From a bacterium (lineage in GTDB: Bacteria; Zhuqueibacterota; Zhuqueibacteria; Residuimicrobiales; Krinioviventaceae), in NCBI GenBank assembly GCA_963674595.2, contig CAXXFV010000008.1:192001-256000 (forward strand): a stretch of DNA of 64,000 nt, written 5' to 3'. Positions within the stretch are counted from its first letter, which is position 1; every line of letters begins with the position of its first letter. The position numbers and the translations under genes are program-made. This document shows positions 40,133 through 51,311 of the stretch, one piece after another. Below the pieces are notes generated by a model. It was not told the origin of the DNA, did no database searches, and saw nothing but the letters and a program-made list of their open reading frames with translations.

Positions 40133-40609
40133 ATGCGTATTGGACATGGTTTCGACGTTCATCAACTGGTACTTGGCAGAAAACTTTTATTGGGTGGTGT
40201 TGAAATTGATCATGAGTATGGTTTGCTTGGGCATTCTGACGCAGATGTGCTTTCTCACGCCATAAGTGATGCTCTACTGGGCGCTGCCGCACTCGGAGAT
40301 ATTGGACATTATTTTCCTGATACGGATCCTCAATACAAAGGGATTTCGAGTATTTTGTTGTTAGAAAAAGTAGTGCAATTGTTAAAGCAAAAGCACTTTA
40401 CTGTGCATAACATTGATACGACTATTGTTGCTCAAAAACCAAAATTGGCCGCATATATACCTGAAATTCGGATAAATTTAGCAAAAGTATTAAATGTTTC
40501 TAAAGATTTGGTTTCGGTCAAAGCTACCACAACTGAACAACTGGGCTTTACCGGCCGTTGCGAAGGAATAGCCGTTCATGCTGTTTGTCTTTTGAATGAA
40601 ATTGATTGA
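40133..40609 (+). CDS. ispF: 2-C-methyl-D-erythritol 2,4-cyclodiphosphate synthase
   Basis: [19 protein letters not shown] and KATTTE. Confidence 0.97.
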   Translation: MRIGHGFDVHQLVLGRKLLLGGVEIDHEYGLLGHSDADVLSHAISDALLGAAALGDIGHYFPDTDPQYKGISSILLLEKVVQLLKQKHFTVHNIDTTIVAQKPKLAAYIPEIRINLAKVLNVSKDLVSVKATTTEQLGFTGRCEGIAVHAVCLLNEID

Positions 40610-40753
40610 ATTTTCAATAAAATCGAATATAAATATGGGTTCTGATGGATGTGCTGAGAGTATTTTTATAAAATCTATTTATCAGCAATAATACAGATAA
40701 AATGAGTGTTAATGCTCTTAAAAAAATAATGTAATAAAATATGGAACAATGAT

Positions 40754-42190
40754 ATGGGATTAGTAGTATATAACAGCCTTTTAAGGAAAAAAGAAGAATT
40801 TGTCCCTGTTCAAAATGACAGAGTGAATATGTATGTGTGCGGACCAACGGTTTATGATTATCCGCACATAGGACATGCAAAAAGTTATATTTCGTTTGAT
40901 ATTATTGTACGATATTTGAGATATTTAAAATATAATGTGAAATATGTTCAAAATATAACCGACGTAGGGCATTTGCTTGACGATGGTGAAGACCGCATTC
41001 TTAAAGGTGCCCAGCGTGAACGTGTGGAACCTATGGAATTGGTAGAACGATATACAAGGGCCTATTTTGAAGCTATGGATGCCCTGAATGTATTGCGGCC
41101 GGACATTTCGCCTCATGCGGCTGCTCATATTCCCGAACAGATTGAACTGGTTGAAAAGTTGATAGAAAAAGGATATGGTTACGAATCCAATGGTTCCGTA
41201 TATTTTGATATTACAAAATGGCCGAATTACGGGCAACTGTCCGGAAGAAAAATACAGGACCAGCAGGCAGGAGCACGTATTGAAGTAAATCCAGAAAAAA
41301 GAAACGCAGCAGATTTTGCACTGTGGAAAAAAGCTGATCCGGAACATGTCATGCAATGGAATAGTCCCTGGGGAAAAGGCTATCCCGGATGGCATGCGGA
41401 ATGTTCAGCAATGTCTATGAAATATTTAGGTGAAACATTAGACATTCATGGCGGCGGTATGGAAAATCAATTCCCCCACCATGAGTGTGAAATAGCACAA
41501 AGTGAAGCTGTGACGGGTAAAACATTTGCCAAATATTGGATTCATAACAATATGGTTCTAGTTGATGGCGTGAAAATGAGCAAATCTTTGGGAAATTTTA
41601 CAACAATTTCTCAGGCATTGGAAAAATTCCCCGGCGAACAAATTCGGTTTTTCATTTTACAAACACACTACCGAAGTCCGGTTGATTTTAGTGATGAGGC
41701 AATTCAGGCATCGGGTCAAGGTTTGTCGCGCCTTATTTCAACATATCGATTTTTGCAGCAGAAAACATCCGGTGCACCGGAAGGAGAGGTTGCTCCTGAA
41801 ATAGAATCGATTTGTTCAGAAACCGAGAATAACTTTGTAAAAGCCATGAACGACGACTTTAACACGCCCTCTGCAATTGCTGTTCTTTTTGATTTTAGTC
41901 GTGAAATTAATAAAAACATTGCCGATGGTGTTGAAACCTCAAAACCATCTCTACAAAAAATGTGCGAACTGTTTCAAACTCTCGCCGGACAAGTATTGGG
42001 AATTTTACCCAAAGAGAAGGAAGAAAAATTATCTGCCGGACCTTTTATAGAGCTTCTCATAGAATTCAGAAACGAATTCCGTAAAAATAAACAATGGGAA
42101 ATGGCTGACAAGGTTCGGGACAAGTTTGACGAGTTGGGTGTGCTCCTGGAGGACAGTAAAGGAGAGACCCGTTGGCGCGTAAAAAGTTAA
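40754..42190 (+). CDS. cysS: Cysteine--tRNA ligase
   Basis: CGPTVY, HIGH, GWHAECS, DIHGGG, FPHHE and KMSKS. Confidence 0.97.
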   Translation: MGLVVYNSLLRKKEEFVPVQNDRVNMYVCGPTVYDYPHIGHAKSYISFDIIVRYLRYLKYNVKYVQNITDVGHLLDDGEDRILKGAQRERVEPMELVERYTRAYFEAMDALNVLRPDISPHAAAHIPEQIELVEKLIEKGYGYESNGSVYFDITKWPNYGQLSGRKIQDQQAGARIEVNPEKRNAADFALWKKADPEHVMQWNSPWGKGYPGWHAECSAMSMKYLGETLDIHGGGMENQFPHHECEIAQSEAVTGKTFAKYWIHNNMVLVDGVKMSKSLGNFTTISQALEKFPGEQIRFFILQTHYRSPVDFSDEAIQASGQGLSRLISTYRFLQQKTSGAPEGEVAPEIESICSETENNFVKAMNDDFNTPSAIAVLFDFSREINKNIADGVETSKPSLQKMCELFQTLAGQVLGILPKEKEEKLSAGPFIELLIEFRNEFRKNKQWEMADKVRDKFDELGVLLEDSKGETRWRVKS

Positions 42191-42218
42191 AAAAAAATAG
42201 AATCGTTAAAAAAAATAC

Positions 42219-42247
42219 TTGATTTTTGATCTGATTCTTTATATATT
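42219..42247 (+). promoter_or_regulatory. Promoter of the tRNA-tuf operon
   Basis: TTGATT-17 nt-TATATT with an upstream A-tract, 30 nt before tRNA-Thr. Confidence 0.65.
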
Positions 42248-42277
42248 GACGGGCTTATTTGCATTGCAATATATTAA

Positions 42278-42350
42278 GCCACCATAGCTCAGCAGGTAGA
42301 GCACCTCACTTGTAATGAGGCTGTCACGGGTTCGATTCCTGTTGGTGGCT
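42278..42350 (+). tRNA. tRNA-Thr(TGT)
   Basis: Acceptor GCCACCA/TGGTGGC, anticodon arm CCTCA-CTTGTAA-TGAGG, T-loop TTCGATT; CCA not encoded. Confidence 0.97.
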
Positions 42351-42368
42351 CGATAACATTGAGTTATC

Positions 42369-42450
42369 GGGGAGGTTCCCGAGCGGTCAAAGGGAACAGA
42401 CTGTAAATCTGTCGGCGAAGCCTTCGGAGGTTCGAATCCTCCCCTCCCCA
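42369..42450 (+). tRNA. tRNA-Tyr(GTA)
   Basis: GGGGAGG/CCTCCCC acceptor, ACAGA-CTGTAAA-TCTGT anticodon arm, long variable arm, TTCGAAT. Confidence 0.97.
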
Positions 42451-42568
42451 CTTTCGCCTAGAAAAGTTATCGGTTTTTTCTCAAAGGAGTTACGAGACCG
42501 ATATTTTTTTGTCCTCGACTCGTGAATTGGAGATAGACTGAAGAAGTTTGGCGATATAATTCAAATAA

Positions 42569-42642
42569 GCGGGAGTAACTCAGTCGGCTAGAGTCACAGC
42601 CTTCCAAGCTGTTGGTCGCGGGTTCGAATCCCGTCTCCCGCT
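42569..42642 (+). tRNA. tRNA-Gly(TCC)
   Basis: GCGGGAG/CTCCCGC acceptor, ACAGC-CTTCCAA-GCTGT anticodon arm, TTCGAAT. Confidence 0.97.
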
Positions 42643-42695
42643 CGCATCATATTTTGTCTCACTTGAATAAGGTGAGGCAATAGTTGGTGAACATC

Positions 42696-42768
42696 GCCCA
42701 CGTAGCTCAGTCGGTAGAGCACATCCTTGGTAAGGATGAGGTCACCGGTTCAATCCCGGTCGTGGGCT
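42696..42768 (+). tRNA. tRNA-Thr(GGT)
   Basis: GCCCACG/CGTGGGC acceptor, CATCC-TTGGTAA-GGATG anticodon arm, TTCAAT. Confidence 0.97.
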
Positions 42769-42817
42769 CGCAATTTAAATATTGTGTAATTGCTCATATT
42801 TATCTGGAGGAAAAGTC

Positions 42818-44020
42818 ATGGCAAAGGCAAAGTTTGAGCGAACTAAGCCTCATGTGAACATAGGAACAATAGGTCACGTTGATCACGGCAAAACGACCTT
42901 GACAGCTGCAATGACAATGTTTTTGTCAAGCAAAGGTCAGGCGTCAGTAAAAAAGTATGATGAAATCGACAATGCGCCTGAAGAAAAGGCCCGAGGCATA
43001 ACGATAAATACGGCACACGTGGAATATGAAACAGATGCACGCCACTATGCGCACGTAGACTGTCCGGGACATGCTGATTATATTAAAAACATGATCACTG
43101 GAGCTGCGCAGATGGATGGAGCTGTATTGGTAGTATCTGCAGCAGACGGTCCGATGCCACAGACCCGTGAGCACATATTGCTGGCCCGTCAGGTGAATGT
43201 ACCTTCTATTGTTGTGTTTATGAACAAAACAGACCAGGTAGATGATCCTGAATTGTTGGAATTGGTAGAGTTGGAAGTTCGTGAACTGTTGAGTCAGTAT
43301 GAATTTCCTGGTGATGAGATTCCAATCGTTAAAGGTAGTGCTTTGGTAGCAATGGAAAAAGGTTTAGCCGGCTCATTGGAAGGTGAAGAATGGACTCCGA
43401 TCAAGGAGTTGTTGGATGCGATTGATTCTTATATCCCGACACCAACCCGTGACACAGACAAGCCGTTTTTAATGCCTGTTGAAGATGTTTTCTCGATTAC
43501 CGGTCGTGGAACAGTAGGAACCGGAAGAATTGAAAGAGGTATGGTCCATACTGGTGATGAAGTTGAGATCGTAGGACTTGGAGTACACCGTAAATCAGTT
43601 TGTACCGGCGTAGAGATGTTCCGCAAGATATTGGACGAAGGTCAGGCCGGAGACAATGTAGGTTTGTTGTTACGAGGTGTAGACAAGACAGAGTTGGAGC
43701 GTGGACAGGTTATATCCAAACCAGGCTCAATTACACCGCACACCAAGTTTGAAGGTGAAGTATACGTCCTGAGTAAAGAAGAAGGTGGTCGACACACCCC
43801 GTTTTTTAATGGCTATCGTCCACAGTTTTACTTTAGAACAACGGATGTAACAGGTAAAGTAGATTTACCTGAAGGAATAGAGATGGTAATGCCCGGCGAC
43901 AATGTAACGGTTACCGGCGAATTGATAACCCCGATAGCAATGGAAGAGGGACTACGATTCGCAATTCGAGAAGGTGGCCGAACAGTTGGTGCTGGTGTTG
44001 TAACTAAAGTTATTGAATAG
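42818..44020 (+). CDS. tuf: Elongation factor Tu, copy 1
   Basis: [17 protein letters not shown] and NKTD; SD GGAGG precedes the ATG at 42818. Confidence 0.99.
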   Translation: MAKAKFERTKPHVNIGTIGHVDHGKTTLTAAMTMFLSSKGQASVKKYDEIDNAPEEKARGITINTAHVEYETDARHYAHVDCPGHADYIKNMITGAAQMDGAVLVVSAADGPMPQTREHILLARQVNVPSIVVFMNKTDQVDDPELLELVELEVRELLSQYEFPGDEIPIVKGSALVAMEKGLAGSLEGEEWTPIKELLDAIDSYIPTPTRDTDKPFLMPVEDVFSITGRGTVGTGRIERGMVHTGDEVEIVGLGVHRKSVCTGVEMFRKILDEGQAGDNVGLLLRGVDKTELERGQVISKPGSITPHTKFEGEVYVLSKEEGGRHTPFFNGYRPQFYFRTTDVTGKVDLPEGIEMVMPGDNVTVTGELITPIAMEEGLRFAIREGGRTVGAGVVTKVIE

Positions 44021-44045
44021 TAATTTTTCATAAATTGGAAATAAA

Positions 44046-44195
44046 ATGAGAGATCTTATCATATTAGAGTGTACAGAGTGCAAGCGCAGGAACTATACTG
44101 GAACCAAGAACAAACGCCTGCATTCCGGACGCGTCGAATTTAAAAAATATTGTCGCTGGTGCGATAAACGAACCTCTCATAAGGAAACTAGGTAA
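44046..44195 (+). CDS. rpmG: 50S ribosomal protein L33 (Zn-ribbon, C+ form)
   Basis: Below the ORF-track cutoff. Translates as MRDLIILECTECKRRNYTGTKNKRLHSGRVEFKKYCRWCDKRTSHKETR. Confidence 0.96.
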   Translation: MRDLIILECTECKRRNYTGTKNKRLHSGRVEFKKYCRWCDKRTSHKETR

Positions 44196-44203
44196 GCTAG
44201 CGT

Positions 44204-44278
44204 AGGCCTGTAGCACAATTTGGCTAGTGCGCCGGACTCCAAATCCGGAGGTTGGGGGTTCGAGTCCCTCCAGGCCTG
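44204..44278 (+). tRNA. tRNA-Trp(CCA)
   Basis: AGGCCTG/CAGGCCT acceptor, CCGGA-CTCCAAA-TCCGG anticodon arm, TTCGAGT; in the usual rpmG-trnW-secE position. Confidence 0.97.
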
Positions 44279-44287
44279 CAAAATTAA

Positions 44288-44327
44288 AAACAGCAGAAAA
44301 TATTTAATTCGTCATTTTCTGCTGTTT
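44288..44327 (+). other. 14-bp hairpin between tRNA-Trp and secE (processing or termination element)
   Basis: AAACAGCAGAAAAT/ATTTTCTGCTGTTT inverted repeat. Confidence 0.6.
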
Positions 44328-44362
44328 ATTATTGTTAGCAAATCAACAACGAGCGGGAAAAT

Positions 44363-44545
44363 ATGTTAAAAAAATTAACCAATTTTTTACGCGATGTTAA
44401 ACAGGAAATGTCCAAAGTAAGCTGGCCGGGCCGTCATGAATTAAAAGGTCAGACAATTATCGTGATAGTTGTTTCGTTGTTTTTTGCGGTATTTATTTTT
44501 GTAGTGGATCACTTATTATCAAGAATCCTTAGCTTAATTTATTAG
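44363..44545 (+). CDS. secE: Preprotein translocase subunit SecE
   Basis: EMSKVSWP motif plus one TM helix; upstream of nusG. Confidence 0.96.
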   Translation: MLKKLTNFLRDVKQEMSKVSWPGRHELKGQTIIVIVVSLFFAVFIFVVDHLLSRILSLIY

Positions 44546-44595
44546 TAAAAGCTAATAAGAATAAATAGCAAGGCTAAAACTAAAGGCGAAGGCTA

Positions 44596-45135
44596 TTGGA
44601 ACAGACAGAAATAAAATGGTATGCAATTCATGTTCTTTCAGGACATGAAAACAAAGTAAAGGCATACCTTGAAAACGAAATCAAGCATTCCGGCCTCGAA
44701 GAGAAAATTGATAATATCCTCGTTCCATCTGAGGAAATTACCGAGATGAAGGAAGGCAAGAAAAGAGTTCGTACTAAAATAATGTTTCCTGGCTACATGC
44801 TCATTCGGATGGCTTATGATAAGGAGACCCGGCATCTTGTTTTAAATACGCCAGGTGTAACCAATTTTGTAGGAAGAAAGAATGAACCTGTGCCTTTACA
44901 GCCCGATGAAGCAACGCGTATATTAGGTAAAGCTGAAGGCGGCGGTAAAGACCGTTCTCAAGTACCTTTTCACGTTGGTGATCCTATTAAAGTTACTGAT
45001 GGTCCATTTACAGATTTTACCGGCTTTGTTGAAGAAGTCAACGAAGAAAAAAGCAAAGTTAAAGTTATGGTCAGCATTTTTGGCCGTTCCACTCCGGTAG
45101 AATTGGATTTCCTGCAAATCGAACTGGAATCTTAA
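44596..45135 (+). CDS. nusG: Transcription factor NusG
   Basis: WYAIHVLSGHE, FPGY, TPGVTNFVG and KOW GPFTDF...IFGRSTPVEL. Confidence 0.98.
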   Translation: MEQTEIKWYAIHVLSGHENKVKAYLENEIKHSGLEEKIDNILVPSEEITEMKEGKKRVRTKIMFPGYMLIRMAYDKETRHLVLNTPGVTNFVGRKNEPVPLQPDEATRILGKAEGGGKDRSQVPFHVGDPIKVTDGPFTDFTGFVEEVNEEKSKVKVMVSIFGRSTPVELDFLQIELES

Positions 45136-45146
45136 GGTATTGACTT

Positions 45147-45572
45147 ATGGCAAAAAAAGTAATAGGTACAATAAAATTACAAATCCCTGCTGGTGCTGCA
45201 AATCCGTCTCCTCCTGTTGGCCCTGCCTTAGGTCAGCATGGTGTGAACATTATGGAGTTTTGTAAAGCATATAATGCAAGAACGCAAGATAAGCAGGGTC
45301 TGATTATTCCCGTAATTATCACGGTTTATCAGGATCACTCTTTTACATTTATCACCAAAACTCCACCTGCTGCTGTTTTATTGAAAAAAGCTGCCGGAAT
45401 TGATAAAGGATCTGGTGAACCGAATCGTAATAAAGTTGCAACAGTAAAGCGTGACCAGGTTAGAGAAATTGCTGAAACAAAAATGGCTGACCTAAACGCG
45501 TTTGATATTGAGATGGCCATGCGTATGGTTGAGGGAACTGCCAGGAGCATGGGAATCATTGTTGAGGATTAG
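45147..45572 (+). CDS. rplK: 50S ribosomal protein L11
   Basis: [12 protein letters not shown] and GTARSMG. Confidence 0.99.
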   Translation: MAKKVIGTIKLQIPAGAANPSPPVGPALGQHGVNIMEFCKAYNARTQDKQGLIIPVIITVYQDHSFTFITKTPPAAVLLKKAAGIDKGSGEPNRNKVATVKRDQVREIAETKMADLNAFDIEMAMRMVEGTARSMGIIVED

Positions 45573-45616
45573 TTATAGAATCTAATTCTCTCAACAATAA
45601 TCAGTTCGGAGTTAAA

Positions 45617-46315
45617 ATGAAACATAGTAAAAGATTTAATGAAGTATCAGCAAAAGTGGATGGCAGTCAGATATATGCGCTCAGCGATGCTGTAAAGCTG
45701 GTTCAGGAAACTGCTACAGCCAAATTCAACGAATCCGTTGATTTGAATGTGCGTCTTGGCGTTGATCCACGTAAAGCCGATCAAATGGTTCGTGGAACCG
45801 TAATTTTACCGCATGGAACCGGTAAAGAAGTGCGAGTCCTAGTCTTGGCCAAAGGAGATAAAGAAAAGGAAGCTCAAGAAGCAGGTGCTGACTTTGTAGG
45901 CTCTGACGACCTGGTAAAGAAAATTCAGGATGGTTGGCTCGACTTTGATGTTGTTATCGCAACTCCAGATATTATGGCGCAAGTTGGTAAATTAGGACGA
46001 GTTTTGGGCCCGCGTGGTTTAATGCCAAATCCTAAAACCGGCACCGTCACTTTCGAGGTTGGTCAGGCTGTTAAAGATTCAAAAGCTGGTAAAATTGATT
46101 TTCGAGTAGACAAGTACGGTATTGTTCATTCTGCTATCGGAAAATGTTCTTTTTCTGCTGAACAGTTGGTAGATAATATCCGTGCATTTATGGATGTCAT
46201 ACAACGTCTAAAGCCTGCTACTTCTAAAGGTGTATATATTAAAAATATATCTCTTGTATCAACAATGGGTCCTGGTGTCAAAGTTGACAAAAATGCCATA
46301 AATGAAGCAGCCTAG
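45617..46315 (+). CDS. rplA: 50S ribosomal protein L1
   Basis: [24 protein letters not shown] and STMGPG. Confidence 0.99.
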   Translation: MKHSKRFNEVSAKVDGSQIYALSDAVKLVQETATAKFNESVDLNVRLGVDPRKADQMVRGTVILPHGTGKEVRVLVLAKGDKEKEAQEAGADFVGSDDLVKKIQDGWLDFDVVIATPDIMAQVGKLGRVLGPRGLMPNPKTGTVTFEVGQAVKDSKAGKIDFRVDKYGIVHSAIGKCSFSAEQLVDNIRAFMDVIQRLKPATSKGVYIKNISLVSTMGPGVKVDKNAINEAA

Positions 46316-46356
46316 TTGTTGACAGCAATTTGAGATTGTGAATTGAGGAAAATACA

Positions 46357-46881
46357 ATGCCACAACCAGAAAAAATAAAAAAAGTTGAGCAGATTTCGGA
46401 AAGATTGGAAAAAGCCAAAAGCATCTTTATGGCTGACTTTTCCGGTTTAACCGTTGAAGAAATGACTGAACTTCGAACAGAGTTTAGAAAAAATGATGTC
46501 GAATTTCTTGTTGTTAAGAATACTCTTGCAAAACTTTCGGCTAAAAAAGTTGGTTTTGACAATATTGATGAATATTTGAGCGGCCCTACAGGTCTTGCTT
46601 TAGGTTTTGGTGATCCTGTTGCACCAGTCCGGGTAATTGCTGAGTATAATAAAAGCAAAAAGAAAGAAAAGCCCGTTGTCAAAGCTGCTATCCTTGAGGG
46701 GCAGGTATTAAACAAAGAAAATGCTGAGGAACTGAAAAATATCCCGCCACGCGAAGTATTGCTTGGCCAGGTTGTTTCCGGTATTGCCTCGCCATTAACA
46801 GGATTGGTTGGCGGTTTAAAAGCTGTACTCAGCCAACTTGTTTACACATTAGATGCAATTAAAGAGAAAAAAGAAGATTAA
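46357..46881 (+). CDS. rplJ: 50S ribosomal protein L10
   Basis: GLTVEE, VVKNTL and GPT motifs; lies between rplA and rplL. Confidence 0.97.
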   Translation: MPQPEKIKKVEQISERLEKAKSIFMADFSGLTVEEMTELRTEFRKNDVEFLVVKNTLAKLSAKKVGFDNIDEYLSGPTGLALGFGDPVAPVRVIAEYNKSKKKEKPVVKAAILEGQVLNKENAEELKNIPPREVLLGQVVSGIASPLTGLVGGLKAVLSQLVYTLDAIKEKKED

Positions 46882-46917
46882 GCCTTTATCATAATGTAAC
46901 TCAAACGGGAGGATGAA

Positions 46918-47349
46918 ATGCCCGAAGAAAAAGATGTCGCCGTTGAAAAAGAAACAACTGCAGAAATTAACGATCCTAAAGTTGAAGAAATTTTAAAAAC
47001 AATTGAAGAAATGACAGTTCTGCAATTGTCAAAATTAGTAAAAGCTTTAGAAGATAGATTTGGTGTAACTGCTGCTGCTCCTGTTGCCGTTGCTGCTGCC
47101 CCTGGTGCTGCTGCTCCTGCTGAAGCAGAAGAAGAAAAAACCGAATTTGATGTTGTATTAAAATCTGCTGGTTCACAAAAAATTCAGGTAATCAAGGTTG
47201 TACGTGCTTTAACAAGCCTTGGACTTAAAGAAGCAAAAGACGTCGTTGACGGTGCACCCAGTACTATCAAAGAAGCTGTAACAAAAGAAGAGGCTGCCGA
47301 TATGAAAGCCAAACTTGAAGAAGCTGGTGCAGAAGTCGAAATAAAATAA
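46918..47349 (+). CDS. rplL: 50S ribosomal protein L7/L12 with N-terminal acidic extension
   Basis: Ala/Pro hinge, [17 protein letters not shown] and LGLKEAK; SD GGGAGG precedes the ATG. Confidence 0.98.
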   Translation: MPEEKDVAVEKETTAEINDPKVEEILKTIEEMTVLQLSKLVKALEDRFGVTAAAPVAVAAAPGAAAPAEAEEEKTEFDVVLKSAGSQKIQVIKVVRALTSLGLKEAKDVVDGAPSTIKEAVTKEEAADMKAKLEEAGAEVEIK

Positions 47350-47379
47350 ATATTTTAAAAAATTGCCTGATACATCTGG

Positions 47380-47408
47380 AAGCCGGGCTATTATAGCTCG
47401 GTTTTTTT
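47380..47408 (+). terminator. rplL-rpoB terminator/attenuator
   Basis: AAGCCGGGCTA-tta-TAGCTCGGTTT stem followed by a T-run. Confidence 0.8.
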
Positions 47409-47434
47409 AAGTTTTTATAATATGAAGAAAGGAA

Positions 47435-50400
47435 GTGAATCCTTTGGCAGTTGGTCAAGAAAGAGAAAGAACAACTTTTTCAAAGATTCCGGCTGCGGCA
47501 GAATTGCCCGATTTACTAGATATACAGCTTAAATCCTTTGAAGAATTTTTGCAGCATAATATTCCGCCCAGTGAGCGGAGTAATCAAGGATTACAAGCTG
47601 TTTTTACTAGTATATTTCCTATTGTCGATAGTCGAGAAAACTTTGAACTATCTTTTATAGAATATTATGTCGACTCACCAAAATATTCCGTAGAAGAATG
47701 TCAAGAAAGAGGAACAACTTATTCTGTTGCATTAAAGGCAAAACTCAGATTATCCATCAAAGATGAATTTGACCCAAATGATCCGCTCTCTAATTCAATT
47801 GAGCAGATTGTTTATTTGGGTAATTTGCCGTCTATGACGCACAGGGGAACTTTTATTATTAATGGCGCTGAACGTATTATTGTCAGCCAGCTGCATAGAT
47901 CTCCTGGTGTATTCTTTGATGAAGTAATTCACCCCAATGGTTCAAAACTTTATTCTGCACGAATAATACCTCTTCGAGGAAGTTGGGTTGAGTTTACAAC
48001 AGATATTTATGATTTGATGAATGTCTATATTGACAGACGCAAAAAATTTCTTGCTACAACACTGCTGCGAGCCATTGGTTATTCTTCTGATAGAGAAATT
48101 CTTGAAGCTTTCAACCTCATAGAAGAAGTTAAAATAACCGATGGTAAATACGACGAATTATTGGGCCGCAAAGTTGTTGACGATATTATTGATGTTAACA
48201 CTGGTGAAGTGGTTGTTGATAAATTTACTGAAATAAGTGCTGAAAGGATTGAACGTGTTGTCGATCTGGCACTTTCGTCATTTGAATTAATAACATCTGA
48301 TAAAATTCTTGGTCAGGAAATTATTAGCAATACCATTCTCAAAGATCCAACACACTCGCAAGAAGAAGCCCTTGAAATTATTTACCGCCAATTACGTTCA
48401 GGTGAACCACCTGATATTGATACTGCCCGTCAACTTATTGAAAGATTATTCTTTAATCCCAAAAGATATGAACTAGGTGATGTTGGACGACATCGGTTAA
48501 ATCGTAAATTGAATATCGATACCGATTCCAGTGTAACTTCTCTAACAAAAGAAGATATTATTGGTATTATTAATCATCTGCTGGACTTACGTACCGGAAG
48601 AGAATCTGCTGATGATATCGATCACCTTGGCAACCGTCGTGTTAGAACTGTTGGTGAACAGCTGTCCGCTCAAATGAGTTTGGGACTGTCTCGTATGGCG
48701 AGAACCATAAAAGAAAGAATGAACCTGCGTGAAAGTGAAAATCCAACTCCACAGGATTTGGTCAATGCCAGAACAATTCTTTCAGTTATTAATACCTTTT
48801 TTGGGACAAGCCAATTATCTCAGTTTATGGATCAAACCAATCCTCTGGCAGAACTAACTCATAAACGACGTTTATCTGCTTTGGGACCCGGAGGTTTGAC
48901 TCGCGAAAGAGCTGGATTTGAGGTTCGTGACGTTCATTATACACACTATGGACGATTATGTCCTATCGAAACGCCTGAAGGACCCAATATCGGTCTTATC
49001 TCTTCTCTTACGACATATGCCAGAATTAACAGCTTTGGGTTTATTGAAGCGCCTTATCGCACTGTTAAGGATGGTGTTGCTACCACAGAAATTAGATATT
49101 TGTCTGCCGATGATGAAGAACAAAAAATTATCGCCCAGGCCAATGCTATATTAGATGACGATGGTAATTTTGTCAATGATAAAATAAAGTGCAGATACCG
49201 GGGTGAATTCCCACTGGTTGATCCTGAAGAAATTGCTTTTATGGACGTTTCTCCAAACCAGATCGTTTCTGCTGCTGCTGCACTGATTCCATTTTTAGAA
49301 CATGATGATGCTAACAGAGCTCTTATGGGATCAAACATGCAGCGTCAGGCCGTGCCATTGCTTGTGCCGGAATCTCCTTTTGTTGGTACAGGTATGGAAG
49401 GTAAAGTGGCGTGCGATTCACGTTCTGTAACTGTTAGCGATTTTGATGGTGTTATTGAACAAGTAGACTCTCGTCAAATAGTTATTAGAAAACAGATTGA
49501 TGAAAGTAATTATGATGAATTTGCTGATTTACTTGATTTTGATCAATCTGATATTAAAGTATACAACCTGACAAAATTTAAACGTACGAATCAGGATACA
49601 TGCATCAATCAACGTCCGATCGTTCATATTGGGCAACGTGTTAAAAAAGGCCAGGTTATTGCCGATGGCGCTTCCACCGATAATGGTGAGCTTGCATTAG
49701 GACGTAACGTGCTTGTAGCCTTTATGCCCTGGCGCGGATATAACTTTGAAGATGCTATTGTAATCTCTGAACGTGTTGTGCAGGAAGATATATATACATC
49801 GATTCACATTGAAGAATTTGAACTTCAGGTTCGAGATACAAAACGAGGTGAAGAAGAACTCACTCGTGAAATCCCTAATGTCAGTGAAGAAGCAACAAAA
49901 GACCTAGATGAAAATGGAATCATTCGGGTTGGTGCTAATGTTACGGCCGGAGATATTCTTGTTGGTAAAGTTACACCAAAAGGTGAAACAGATCCAACAC
50001 CTGAAGAAAAACTCCTTAAAGCCATTTTTGGTGAAAAAGCCGGTGACGTAAAAGATGCTTCTTTAAAAGGTTCTCCTGGATTGAAGGGAATTGTTATCGA
50101 TACAAAACTTTTCTCTCGTAAGAAAAAAGATTCTACAACAAAGAAAAAAGAGAAAAAGTTTTTAGAAGAACTTGATCAGTGGCGTGAAAAAGCAAAAATT
50201 CAAGCACATGAGTTGCGTGACAGCAAACTCAACAAAGTACTTGAAGGAAAAGTTTCTGCCGGTATCAGAGACATTGCCACAGGAAAAATAATAGTTAAAG
50301 AGAATACGGCTATTAATGCCGCTGTATTAAATAAACTGGATTATAATACTGTTGATTGGTCTGTTCAAATAGTTGAAGATACTGCAACAAACACATTAAT

Positions 50401-51253
50401 CAAACAGATTGTTAACCGTTATAATAAAAAAATGTATGATATCGACGACGAATACGAACTTCAAAAATTTAAGGTCGTTGTCGGTGATGAATTACCACCG
50501 GGAATCACACAACTTGCCAAAGTATATGTTGCCAAAAAACGTAAACTATCCGTTGGCGACAAAATGGCTGGTAGGCACGGTAACAAGGGTGTTGTTGCTA
50601 AAATAGTACCCATTGAAGATATGCCTTATATGCCCGATGGCACACCTGTTGATATCGTACTCAATCCTCTTGGCGTGCCCTCACGTATGAATTTAGGACA
50701 GATACTGGAAACCAACCTGGGTTGGGCTGCCAAAGAGCTGGATAAAAATTACGCAACACCTGTGTTTGATGGTGCAACCATAACCGAAATAAGCGAAGAA
50801 ATGGAAAAGGCCGGGTTGCCGCTGTCCGGAAAGTCAGTTTTATTTGATGGAAAAACAGGTGAAAAATTTGATGAAGAGGTCACTGTTGGCTGGATATATA
50901 TATTAAAGCTATCACACCTTGTAGAAGATAAAATTCATGCTCGTTCAATAGGACCTTACTCATTGATTACACAACAACCATTGGGTGGTAAAGCTCAATT
51001 TGGTGGTCAGAGATTTGGTGAAATGGAAGTTTGGGCATTGGAAGCTTATGGCGCTGCTTATACATTACAGGAAATTTTAACTGTAAAAAGTGATGATGTA
51101 CGCGGGCGTTCAAAGACTTATGAAGCGATTGTTAAAGGTGAAAATATACCGGAGCCTGGTATTCCTGAATCTTTTAACGTACTTATTCGGGAATTACAGG
51201 GACTTGGTTTAGATGTTCAACTTATTATTGACAATCGCAAAAAGAATAACTAG
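47435..51253 (+). CDS. rpoB: RNA polymerase subunit beta
   Basis: [38 protein letters not shown] and GGQRFGEME. Confidence 0.99.
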   Translation: MNPLAVGQERERTTFSKIPAAAELPDLLDIQLKSFEEFLQHNIPPSERSNQGLQAVFTSIFPIVDSRENFELSFIEYYVDSPKYSVEECQERGTTYSVALKAKLRLSIKDEFDPNDPLSNSIEQIVYLGNLPSMTHRGTFIINGAERIIVSQLHRSPGVFFDEVIHPNGSKLYSARIIPLRGSWVEFTTDIYDLMNVYIDRRKKFLATTLLRAIGYSSDREILEAFNLIEEVKITDGKYDELLGRKVVDDIIDVNTGEVVVDKFTEISAERIERVVDLALSSFELITSDKILGQEIISNTILKDPTHSQEEALEIIYRQLRSGEPPDIDTARQLIERLFFNPKRYELGDVGRHRLNRKLNIDTDSSVTSLTKEDIIGIINHLLDLRTGRESADDIDHLGNRRVRTVGEQLSAQMSLGLSRMARTIKERMNLRESENPTPQDLVNARTILSVINTFFGTSQLSQFMDQTNPLAELTHKRRLSALGPGGLTRERAGFEVRDVHYTHYGRLCPIETPEGPNIGLISSLTTYARINSFGFIEAPYRTVKDGVATTEIRYLSADDEEQKIIAQANAILDDDGNFVNDKIKCRYRGEFPLVDPEEIAFMDVSPNQIVSAAAALIPFLEHDDANRALMGSNMQRQAVPLLVPESPFVGTGMEGKVACDSRSVTVSDFDGVIEQVDSRQIVIRKQIDESNYDEFADLLDFDQSDIKVYNLTKFKRTNQDTCINQRPIVHIGQRVKKGQVIADGASTDNGELALGRNVLVAFMPWRGYNFEDAIVISERVVQEDIYTSIHIEEFELQVRDTKRGEEELTREIPNVSEEATKDLDENGIIRVGANVTAGDILVGKVTPKGETDPTPEEKLLKAIFGEKAGDVKDASLKGSPGLKGIVIDTKLFSRKKKDSTTKKKEKKFLEELDQWREKAKIQAHELRDSKLNKVLEGKVSAGIRDIATGKIIVKENTAINAAVLNKLDYNTVDWSVQIVEDTATNTLIKQIVNRYNKKMYDIDDEYELQKFKVVVGDELPPGITQLAKVYVAKKRKLSVGDKMAGRHGNKGVVAKIVPIEDMPYMPDGTPVDIVLNPLGVPSRMNLGQILETNLGWAAKELDKNYATPVFDGATITEISEEMEKAGLPLSGKSVLFDGKTGEKFDEEVTVGWIYILKLSHLVEDKIHARSIGPYSLITQQPLGGKAQFGGQRFGEMEVWALEAYGAAYTLQEILTVKSDDVRGRSKTYEAIVKGENIPEPGIPESFNVLIRELQGLGLDVQLIIDNRKKNN

Positions 51254-51311
51254 TCTAAAGCAATGATTTATTTTAATGACCAGGCTCAAATTACGAGTTT
51301 GGAGGTGAAAT

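Noticed and set aside
40610-40753. 143-nt spacer before cysS as a possible T-box or leader peptide, and ORF 40614-40880
   Set aside because: No T-box consensus or terminator was seen. The short Cys-containing ORF (MGSDGC...) lacks an SD, and the minus ORF overlaps cysS antisense.
42239-42451. 70-aa minus-strand ORF (MGRGGFEPPKASPTDLQS...)
   Set aside because: Reverse-complement translation of tRNA-Thr and tRNA-Tyr.
47068-47130. GCT/CCT-rich short tandem repeats
   Set aside because: They encode the ordinary Ala/Pro hinge of L7/L12.
48790-48900. Possible rifampicin-resistance changes in rpoB cluster I (rpsL streptomycin sites also checked)
   Set aside because: The Q, D, H and S positions are canonical, and the rpsL lysines are wild type.
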